DNA of 57,770 bases, from positions 1 through 57,770 of IMG/VR virus record IMGVR_UViG_3300030090_003001; one strand, written 5' to 3'. Origin of the DNA: a virus. Its lineage: Duplodnaviria; Caudoviricetes. Position 1 is the stretch's first letter. Each line of letters starts with the position of its first letter. Position numbers and translations under genes: made by a program. The notes under the pieces were generated by a model. It searched no databases and had not been told where the DNA came from. It saw only the letters and a list, made by a program, of their open reading frames with translations. Below, one piece after another: positions 1 through 7,063 of the stretch.

Positions 1-200
1 TAGTGGTCTGGTATTGTAGTGTATTTTGCTGATGATACTAACTCATCCCTTAGTTTACCTAAGGCTTTTATTACTCGTTCCATAGCTCCTCCTAGTAAGT
101 CAAGGACACGCCACGCTGTCCAATTGATTGGTTATCGATTAATATTTCTCTTCTAAATAGTCTCTTTAAAAGAATGTTCATATAGGCAATATCACCTATT
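1..200. repeat. Terminal direct repeat, left copy (overlap that closes the circle)
   Basis: Identical to 57571-57770 except at positions 78, 101, 146 and 164. Confidence 0.97.
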
Positions 201-409
201 GAAAGCTCTGATATATCTTCTACTTCATTCCAGCACTCAGAAGACTCTGGGGTCTCATCAACTGGGCAGCTGATTAGAGTATATGTAGAGTGGGGAAAGT
301 CTTTAGGGGACATAGTATTTTCAGCAGACTCTATAGTAAAATAGGTCGCTGTTGGGATGTGCTGTATATATATCCATTTACTGTGTATTACAATTATCTT
401 AAATTCCAT
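92..409 (-). CDS. Hypothetical early protein
   Basis: ORF with AAGGAGCTAA RBS; lies in the minus-strand operon; differences in the repeat copy are synonymous. Confidence 0.8.
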   Translation of the reverse strand: MEFKIIVIHSKWIYIQHIPTATYFTIESAENTMSPKDFPHSTYTLISCPVDETPESSECWNEVEDISELSIGDIAYMNILLKRLFRREILIDNQSIGQRGVSLTY

Positions 410-433
410 CTTAGCTCCTTGGCCACTGGCCGG

Positions 434-880
434 TTATTTATTATGAATATGAATGCCATTCAAGTGGTCGCATTCGTGTTGTATTATTGTTGCTTCATAG
501 CCCTCAAATCTTTCAGTAATAAACATATCTCCATTATTGCTATTTCTGGCATTGATTTGATGCTCAACCTCTACCCAAGTATGCCTATCAACTTTATTAG
601 GCTTATTAGGGAAAGTCATACAGCCCTCAACAGTGCTGTAAGTTTCTTTAGATTTGGCGGTAATAGTAGGATTAATAAAGCTCTTCCAGACACCATTAAT
701 CTTAGCTACAAATACTCTTTTATTACCTCCAACTTGATTGTGGGCAAGTCCTATAGCATTCTTATACTTTGGCATCAAGCAAGTCATCTTTAGCTCTTTC
801 GCTATCTTAACACCATCAGTATAATAAATAGTCTCACACTTATTCTCTATTAGATGTGGTTTGTTGTGGATAAATTTCAT
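434..880 (-). CDS. def: Peptide deformylase (short phage type)
   Basis: Three PDF motifs: AIGLAHNQVG, VEGCMT, QHECDHLNG. Start moved to ATG 880, which forms an ATGA overlap with the upstream stop. Confidence 0.93.
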   Translation of the reverse strand: MKFIHNKPHLIENKCETIYYTDGVKIAKELKMTCLMPKYKNAIGLAHNQVGGNKRVFVAKINGVWKSFINPTITAKSKETYSTVEGCMTFPNKPNKVDRHTWVEVEHQINARNSNNGDMFITERFEGYEATIIQHECDHLNGIHIHNK

Positions 881-1320
881 ATATCTAACCCCCATCCTTG
901 AGTCACTAAAACTCTTCTGGCAGTTCTTTTTTTGATAATAGGTGGTTCTATCATACATTGACCAGAACAGTCCCAATCATTATCATCATAGGCACCTCTA
1001 TCAGTATCTTCTATGATATTTAATTTCTTTAATCTGTTTATAATCTGTCTATCAGATAATCCACCATCAAATACCCACCAGTTAGTACCACTTTCACCGC
1101 AGCTTTGACAATTGGCATCACAGTCACTCCAGTGGTCATAAGATGTTCCAGAATTGGTAACACCATTGCCATACTCATCACACTGTCTTTTTAATAGCAA
1201 TTGATAGTTGGTTACATCATCTTCTAGGCATTCTATTTTTCTTTTTAATTCATCAATCTCTTTAGTTTTATCTGCTGAGATTTTAGCAGTTTGGCTAATC
1301 TTTTTCATCATTTGTATCAT
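877..1320 (-). CDS. Hypothetical protein (coiled coil plus Cys/Trp-rich region)
   Basis: Tightly packed ORF, coupled to def. Confidence 0.75.
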   Translation of the reverse strand: MIQMMKKISQTAKISADKTKEIDELKRKIECLEDDVTNYQLLLKRQCDEYGNGVTNSGTSYDHWSDCDANCQSCGESGTNWWVFDGGLSDRQIINRLKKLNIIEDTDRGAYDDNDWDCSGQCMIEPPIIKKRTARRVLVTQGWGLDI

Positions 1321-1321
1321 C

Positions 1322-1618
1322 TTAAGCCCCTTGTCCAGTTGGTGGGAATAAAATACTCTCAGCCATAGCTACCATACTAACCGGTGCATAATAAGGTTTA
1401 TACTTTAGGTTAAGCTGGTCTATACATTCACTGAATGCTACTGATACATCTTGCTCTGTAAAGAAACCGCTACCATCACCCATTTTAGACTCTTTGTGAT
1501 ATGCTGCGGCATTAAATACAATACTCTCTACATTTGTCAAATTAGACATCTCATTAGGGATACATAGGTCAGTTATTAAATTCATACATTGAGTTACTAC
1601 TTCATCGATATTAAACAT
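1322..1618 (-). CDS. Hypothetical protein
   Basis: ORF with AAGGAGCTAA RBS. Confidence 0.75.
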   Translation of the reverse strand: MFNIDEVVTQCMNLITDLCIPNEMSNLTNVESIVFNAAAYHKESKMGDGSGFFTEQDVSVAFSECIDQLNLKYKPYYAPVSMVAMAESILFPPTGQGA

Positions 1619-1647
1619 TTTTTAGCTCCTTGGCCACTGGCCGGTAA

Positions 1648-1672
1648 GAGGGGACGCTTTGTGCATCCCCTC
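1648..1672 (-). terminator. GC-rich hairpin after ardC (weak terminator or mRNA stabiliser)
   Basis: GAGGGGATGC-ACAAA-GCGTCCCCTC; the G-U pair works only on the minus strand; U tract is short. Confidence 0.55.
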
Positions 1673-1688
1673 GATTATTATTAGTTAA

Positions 1689-2750
1689 TTAAGCACCTAG
1701 TATGTGCATCACTGCTCTTGATGACTCTCTTAAAGCTTGAGTTATCATCTTAGGGTCAGCTTTTAGTGTTTTGTTCCAGCTCTTGATGTATGCTTGAGTA
1801 TTCTTAACAGTAGATGAACAATCTAGGTTATGATACTGCATTAACATACAGCTGCCAGACTCTGCAACTAGCTCTTCTTTAGCATAGCTGTGGTCACCGA
1901 ACATATTTAGATTAACTACACCCTCTCTATTTAATCTATTTTTGTGTCCAGTAGAATGCACTAGCTCGTGGAACATAGTACTAGCAAAGTGAAACTGTCC
2001 AGTGCCATTGTATTTAGCTTTGTGTTGAGCTGCTGTAGGACAAGTCACTGAGTCTTGTGATGGGCTGTAAAAAGCTCTGTCACTCTTTATAATATTAACC
2101 TTAGGTGACTTCTTATATCCATCAAGCACAGATGCTACAACCTTTTCAGCTCCAGTGGTTCTATATTTAGTTTTCTTAACCTTAGGCTGAGGTAGCATAG
2201 TCTGAGCCACATTGTAAACATAATGCGTCTTACCTAATGCCCACCATTTTCTGAAATCCTCTTCAGTATGAGTACCAGCTTCGATAGCTTTTTTAAACAT
2301 TGCAGCGGTGAAATATTTACCAGTCTCACGCTCTCTGTAATTGATAGTCCAGAACTCAACTGGGTAACACTTCTGCTTTTCACCATCTTCTCTCTTCTTG
2401 ATGACATCATACCATTTAGACTTATTACCATCTTTATCTTCAAACCAAAACGCCTTACCCATTCTCTTCTTAGTAAGTCCCATTTTAGTTAAGATTTGGT
2501 TTAATGTTAACCATTCGTTATGCTCATAACCCTCAGATTGGGCTACAAATGAAAGGTATAAATTAGCACCTTGAAATGCTCTCTTGGTCAAGTGGTTTAT
2601 AGGTAACATACCACCGCCACCAGCCCAAGGCTTTTGCCACATTAATTCGCCCTTGTCTAAGCCGGCAAGTACTAGCTCTTGTACTTTCTTCTCTACTGCT
2701 GATAAATCGTTTTTTATTTCTGTTTTTTTAGCTTTAGTCATAGCTTTCAT
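1689..2750 (-). CDS. ardC: ArdC-family antirestriction protein (ssDNA-binding N domain plus zincin-like MPTase domain)
   Basis: WQKPW, PINHLTKRAFQGAN, WLTLNQ, VYNVAQT, RAFYSPSQD, HELVHSTGH, YAKEELVAE, AYIKSW match the ArdC/DUF1738 pattern. Confidence 0.92.
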   Translation of the reverse strand: MKAMTKAKKTEIKNDLSAVEKKVQELVLAGLDKGELMWQKPWAGGGGMLPINHLTKRAFQGANLYLSFVAQSEGYEHNEWLTLNQILTKMGLTKKRMGKAFWFEDKDGNKSKWYDVIKKREDGEKQKCYPVEFWTINYRERETGKYFTAAMFKKAIEAGTHTEEDFRKWWALGKTHYVYNVAQTMLPQPKVKKTKYRTTGAEKVVASVLDGYKKSPKVNIIKSDRAFYSPSQDSVTCPTAAQHKAKYNGTGQFHFASTMFHELVHSTGHKNRLNREGVVNLNMFGDHSYAKEELVAESGSCMLMQYHNLDCSSTVKNTQAYIKSWNKTLKADPKMITQALRESSRAVMHILGA

Positions 2751-2780
2751 AGCTCCTATTTTATTATTTATTTATGTTAA

Positions 2781-2975
2781 TTACTCATCGTGGTGGTTTT
2801 GGTCAAACCGCCCTTTTATTTTATTGGTTTCAGCTCGGAATTGATAGTCAGCTCCAAACTGTCTACAGTCATCTATAGACCAGTCTAACTTCTGCTTGTC
2901 TGTAGGTCTGTATTTAGGTCTGTTTTTTCTTATTTTACCCATTTGAATTGGGTCAGTTGAATAGCATATTGCCAT
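2781..2975 (-). CDS. Hypothetical protein, first ORF of the early operon
   Basis: AGGAGCTAAT RBS precedes the ATG. Confidence 0.65.
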   Translation of the reverse strand: MAICYSTDPIQMGKIRKNRPKYRPTDKQKLDWSIDDCRQFGADYQFRAETNKIKGRFDQNHHDE

Positions 2976-3015
2976 ATTAGCTCCTAGTTTATGTTATCAT
3001 TATTTATTACTCTAG

Positions 3016-3075
3016 CACCCAGTGCTGGGTTCGAACCAGCCAAGTTTTGATTCTCTCGTTCCAATATTACTGGGC
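3016..3075 (-). ncRNA. Truncated tRNA-like element (acceptor stem and T-arm; no canonical D and anticodon arms)
   Basis: GCCCAGT/ACTGGGT 7-bp acceptor; GCTGG-TTCGAAC-CCAGC T-arm; only 28 nt between them. Confidence 0.65.
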
Positions 3076-3089
3076 AACAATTATTATGG

Positions 3090-3450
3090 TTATTATCCTA
3101 AAGGGATGGAGCCGCCAAGCTCCTAACAGCCGGAAGTCAGCACTGTAAACTCTAGGCTAGTTATCCTAGATTACATTAAGGGGCAACTCACATTTATTGT
3201 ATCACTCAATTCTATTGTATGGTGATATTGTCTTATGCTACTGTCCCCACAGATACCGCTACTTGTCACTGTCCTTATTATCTGCCTTTCATCCACTGTA
3301 GGCTCTCACTCTGCTAGGAAGCGAGGTAATCAATTCTATTGTATGTTACCTCGGTCTAAGCACCTACTGCATTCAAGGTGGCACCACTGTCAGTCTCGTG
3401 GTGTTGGCCGCCGCTCAAAGCGTTATTTCAAAAAGCAATTATAATTAAGC
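3090..3450 (-). ncRNA. Structured non-coding leader or RNA: chain of about 10 hairpins
   Basis: Several perfect stems (CACCAC/GTGGTG, CACCT/AGGTG, CGAGGTAA/TTACCTCG, CAGATA/TATCTG, TATCAC/GTGATA, TCTAGG/CCTAGA, GGAGC/GCTCC); GC higher than flanks; no credible ORF. Confidence 0.55.
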
Positions 3451-3456
3451 TCCCTA

Positions 3457-3485
3457 ATATTAAAAATAATAAATGAATTAAACAA
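3457..3485 (-). promoter_or_regulatory. Candidate sigma70-type early promoter
   Basis: TTGTTT-N17-TAATAT on the minus strand, just upstream of the hairpin array. Confidence 0.45.
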
Positions 3486-3529
3486 GTACTATTTGTATTA
3501 TTTGTATCATTAATGTGTAGTTATAGAGG

Positions 3530-4180
3530 AGAACAGTATATAAAATAATTATATAATCAGACTGGCAGCACAGTGATATCAGAGTATATATAGTATATAA
3601 TAGCATATATATATGGTAGCAGCAGCACAGCAGCACAGCACTATATATAATATATATGTGGCCAAATGCGGGGCAAACATAATACTACTACAGTATATAT
3701 ATATAATACCTTATATGCCGGTGCTGTGAGGTATTGTAGGTACAGTGGGTACAGCAGCACAGTGGTGCTATGGTGTACTATAGGGTGTACAATGCATACC
3801 TTATATATAAAGTATTTGGATGAATGATAGCAAGCAAATGTATGTGGTGTTAAATAATGCTTGACAGTACCATATAAAATAAAGCTTGACACCACTTATA
3901 GGCCTATACTGGTGGTATCTGTGGCGGCACAGTGGCAGAACAGTGGCACACAGTGTATGCATAGGGGATAGGGGCAGCTTCCGAGGAGAAAAATTCGAGA
4001 TAAATCAAAGTTAACCCAATTCCGCAGCCAAAAAACAAGAATTGGGGGGCGGCTATAAAAACTATGGGTATGCATTATTTTGCCTATATTTTTAAAAGCT
4101 CACTATGGATATTAACAGTGTGGCTACACAGTGTAAGAATAAGAAAAAGAATAAGTATAAGTAAAGGAATAGGATACAGT
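3530..4180. repeat. Low-complexity divergent intergenic region with ACAGTG repeats (origin or pac candidate)
   Basis: ACAGTG at 3570, 3742, 3759, 3929, 3940, 3950, 4115, 4128; TA runs; AAG(A/T)NN-type hexamer run at 4135-4176. Confidence 0.7.
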
Positions 4181-4192
4181 ACTAGAATAGTG

Positions 4193-4221
4193 TTGTAAAA
4201 TTCTTTTTACTGAATTAAATT
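4193..4221 (+). promoter_or_regulatory. terS promoter with overlapping palindromic operator
   Basis: TTGTAA-N17-TAAATT; GTAAAA-N4-TTTTAC at 4195-4210. Confidence 0.55.
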
Positions 4222-4245
4222 AAAGTTAACGAAAAGGTATATTAT

Positions 4246-4971
4246 TTGGAAACTTACGAAGTTAAAGGAAAAGAGCATAAGGTATATAATGTATCAGAAG
4301 TTCCAGAGTACATACAGTACTTGGACGACTGGCGGGATGCTCGCAAAGGTGATTGGGTAAAGACAGACGATAGTAAGGTAATTCAAGTATTGCGTAGATA
4401 TAAAGCCGGTAGAGATGAACTTATGTTCACTGCAGCTGGGACTGTAAAAATAGCAAAAAAATCGACCCTACGGGGTATAAGGAAAGGGAATATATATTCT
4501 CTGAATGGCAAGAACTGGTATGATACCTTAAAGGATAGAAAGAATCCTACCAAGCTCGAAATAATGTTTGCTAAAAGACTTAAGTATGGCGAAGAACCAT
4601 ATAAGGCATATCTAGAAGTATATAACACAGATAATGTCACGGAGGCTAAAAAGAAAGCTGCTATACTTATCAAAACAAAAAGGATACAAAAGCTTATGGA
4701 TGAAGATTTAAAGGATGTATTTGCAGCTAAAGGCGTAGACCTAGACTATTTAATAGGTGCGTGCAAAGAAGTTGTAGATGGCGGCAAAAACGATTCAGAT
4801 AGATTAAAAGCACTTAATATGCTATGGGATGCGTTTGGTGTAGTTAAACAAAAACAAGTAACAGAGGTGAGAGGTGTATTCCAAGGATTCTCGCCAGAGG
4901 AGATAGAAGGTGTCCAAAGACAAGAAATTAAAGGGAATAATAACGATACCACAAAACTACTGGACAAGTAG
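4246..4971 (+). CDS. terS: Terminase small subunit (with extra N-terminal domain)
   Basis: Directly upstream of terL; TerS-like helical segment FAKRL..KAYLEVY..AKKKAAILIK..I; C-terminal DRLKALNML. Confidence 0.7.
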   Translation: METYEVKGKEHKVYNVSEVPEYIQYLDDWRDARKGDWVKTDDSKVIQVLRRYKAGRDELMFTAAGTVKIAKKSTLRGIRKGNIYSLNGKNWYDTLKDRKNPTKLEIMFAKRLKYGEEPYKAYLEVYNTDNVTEAKKKAAILIKTKRIQKLMDEDLKDVFAAKGVDLDYLIGACKEVVDGGKNDSDRLKALNMLWDAFGVVKQKQVTEVRGVFQGFSPEEIEGVQRQEIKGNNNDTTKLLDK

Positions 4972-5015
4972 CTATTCTAATCCACCAGTATATACTAAAG
5001 CAGAGGGTATATTAA

Positions 5016-6602
5016 ATGGAACAAAAGTTCAATGTGAATATAAACAGCCAGAATGTAAGCGCTGCGGAAGAAGCACTACTTCTAGCTAAAAATGATTTAA
5101 TAGCATTTGGTAAACTATTTCTACCAGATGATTTTATGCGTAGTGAAACACCTTTCTTTCATTACGAAATAGCAGATAAGATATTTGAAAAAGATAGCGA
5201 TGGGGTCTATAAACACCGCAATTTAGCCATTATTATGCCAAGGGGACACGGTAAGACGGTTTTAACAAAATGTGATATTATGCACGCATTTTTGTTTGCT
5301 AAAGAACCATTGTTCTATGGATGGGTCTCTGCAACTGCAAAGCTATCTACTGGAAATATGGATTATATAAAATACCATATGGAATTTAACGATAAAATCC
5401 AATATTACTTTGGACCACAAAAGGGGATGAAATGGACAGAAACAGATATAGAGCTAAAAAATGGATGTAAACTCATTAGTAAATCAAACATCTCGGGTAT
5501 TAGAGGGGGTGCAAAGCTACACAAAAGATATGACCTCATTGTACTTGACGACTTTGAAGACGAAAACAATACCATCACTCCAGAAAGTAGGGCGAAAAAC
5601 TCTAATATGGTTACTGCGGTTGTGCATCCCGCTCTTGAACCTCTTGACGGACGTCTTCGCATTAATGGTACTCCAGTTCATTTTGATAGCTTCATTAATA
5701 ATCTCATCATTAATTACGGGCGTGCGAAAGCTGATGGAAGTGATTTCTCGTGGGAATTGGTATTATATAAAGCGTTATTAGACAACGGAACAGCATTGTG
5801 GGATAGTTGGTTTGGAGTGGATAAACTAGAAGCAAAAAAGAAGTTTTATGCAGATTCTGGGCAACCTCAAAAGTATTGGCAAGAATATCATATGGAGGTT
5901 CAGTCTGCTGAGGATTCTATTTTTACACTAGCGCATATAAAATATTGGGATGGAAAGTACGAGTGGGATGAGCAAAATGAAATGGGAACTTTAAATATTG
6001 ATGGGAAAAAAGTTGCAGTTAACGTATATTGTGGTGTCGACCCAGCTACCGATTCGGAGCGGAGAGATAGTGATTTTAATGTTCTTGTTTATATAGCCAT
6101 AGATAAAGATGCAAACATATATGTCCTTGATTACATCAGAAATCGTGGTATCCCGGTGCTTGGAATCCCGGGTGAAAATAAGAAAGGTATAGTAGATTAT
6201 ATGTTTGATTATCAAAAGATATATCATCCTAAACTGCATACAATAGAAGACACTACAATGTCAAGACCAGTTTTTCAAGCACTGATATCCGAAATGCGAA
6301 GGAGAAACGATTTCTCTATACACTTTAAAGAAGAGAAGCCGGGAACCAGAATGAGCAAAAGAGATAGGATTCAAGAGGTATTGGGTCAAAGAATTATTAT
6401 AGGAAGTGTACATCTCAAAAAAGAAATGTATGACTTGCAGCACGAAATCACAACATTTGGGCCTAGAATGGGTCACGATGACACTATAGATGCATTAGCA
6501 TACGCTGTCAAATATGTAGTAACACCAAAAGAAGGTGAATATTCAGACGGTAGTTACAATAAAACTAAATATAAAAAACCTAAGTCTTGGGTTATTGCCT
6601 AA
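5016..6602 (+). CDS. terL: Terminase large subunit
   Basis: Walker A PRGHGKT, Walker B LIVLDDFE, GTP coupling motif, nuclease motifs GVDPA and HDDTIDALAY. Confidence 0.96.
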   Translation: MEQKFNVNINSQNVSAAEEALLLAKNDLIAFGKLFLPDDFMRSETPFFHYEIADKIFEKDSDGVYKHRNLAIIMPRGHGKTVLTKCDIMHAFLFAKEPLFYGWVSATAKLSTGNMDYIKYHMEFNDKIQYYFGPQKGMKWTETDIELKNGCKLISKSNISGIRGGAKLHKRYDLIVLDDFEDENNTITPESRAKNSNMVTAVVHPALEPLDGRLRINGTPVHFDSFINNLIINYGRAKADGSDFSWELVLYKALLDNGTALWDSWFGVDKLEAKKKFYADSGQPQKYWQEYHMEVQSAEDSIFTLAHIKYWDGKYEWDEQNEMGTLNIDGKKVAVNVYCGVDPATDSERRDSDFNVLVYIAIDKDANIYVLDYIRNRGIPVLGIPGENKKGIVDYMFDYQKIYHPKLHTIEDTTMSRPVFQALISEMRRRNDFSIHFKEEKPGTRMSKRDRIQEVLGQRIIIGSVHLKKEMYDLQHEITTFGPRMGHDDTIDALAYAVKYVVTPKEGEYSDGSYNKTKYKKPKSWVIA

Positions 6603-6638
6603 AATTTATTATATTATTATCTGTAATAAAGGACAAAT

Positions 6639-6770
6639 ATGGCTAAAAAAGTAAGTTGGATGTTTGGTGGCAAAAAGTACTACGGTACACTTATAAGAGA
6701 AACTAAAAAACATAAGTTTGCACGAACACATAACGGAAAAGTTAAAAAAATAGTCAAAAGGAAAAAATAA
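6639..6770 (+). CDS. Small basic protein (43 aa, not in ORF track)
   Basis: AAGGA RBS; MAKKVSWMFGGKKYYGTLIRET...; TAATG coupling to the next gene. Confidence 0.7.
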   Translation: MAKKVSWMFGGKKYYGTLIRETKKHKFARTHNGKVKKIVKRKK

Positions 6771-7063
6771 TGGCTGCAAAAACAAAAGATGCTAGATTAA
6801 AAAGAGCTGGTGTTTCTGGTTACAATAAACCTAAAAGAACTCCCGGACATAAAACAAAATCACATATAGTAGTTGCAAAAGTAGGAGACAAAATTAAAAC
6901 TATAAGATTTGGACAGCAAGGTGTTAAAACAGCTGGTAAGCCTAAAAAAGGTGAAGCTAAAAAACAAACAGCTAGAAGAAAATCATTTAAAGCAAGACAC
7001 GCTAAAAATATTAAAAAAGGAAAATTGTCCGCAGCATATTGGGCAGATAAGGTTAAGTGGTAA
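6770..7063 (+). CDS. Basic conserved hypothetical phage protein
   Basis: IRFGQQG...RRKSFKARH...SAAYWADKVKW pattern, which I recall from aquatic phage head modules. Confidence 0.8.
   Translation: MAAKTKDARLKRAGVSGYNKPKRTPGHKTKSHIVVAKVGDKIKTIRFGQQGVKTAGKPKKGEAKKQTARRKSFKARHAKNIKKGKLSAAYWADKVKW

Noticed and set aside
290-793. 167-aa + strand ORF
   Set aside because: Antisense shadow of def and its neighbour; no RBS.
3206-3345. Mini CRISPR array from the duplicated 16-mer
   Set aside because: Only two copies, 16 nt long with a 124-nt period, and no ATTGAAA(C/G) end. The Cas4-like gene is a stand-alone phage exonuclease in the recombination module.
3016-3450. tmRNA, RNase P RNA or hammerhead ribozyme
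   Set aside because: No G3-U70 alanine acceptor or tag ORF, no RNase P GAGGAAAGTCC core, and no CTGANGA/GAAA hammerhead core in a suitable arrangement.
3235-3895. ORFs 3235-3444 (+) and 3641-3895 (-)
   Set aside because: No RBS, atypical composition, and they overlie structured or low-complexity DNA.
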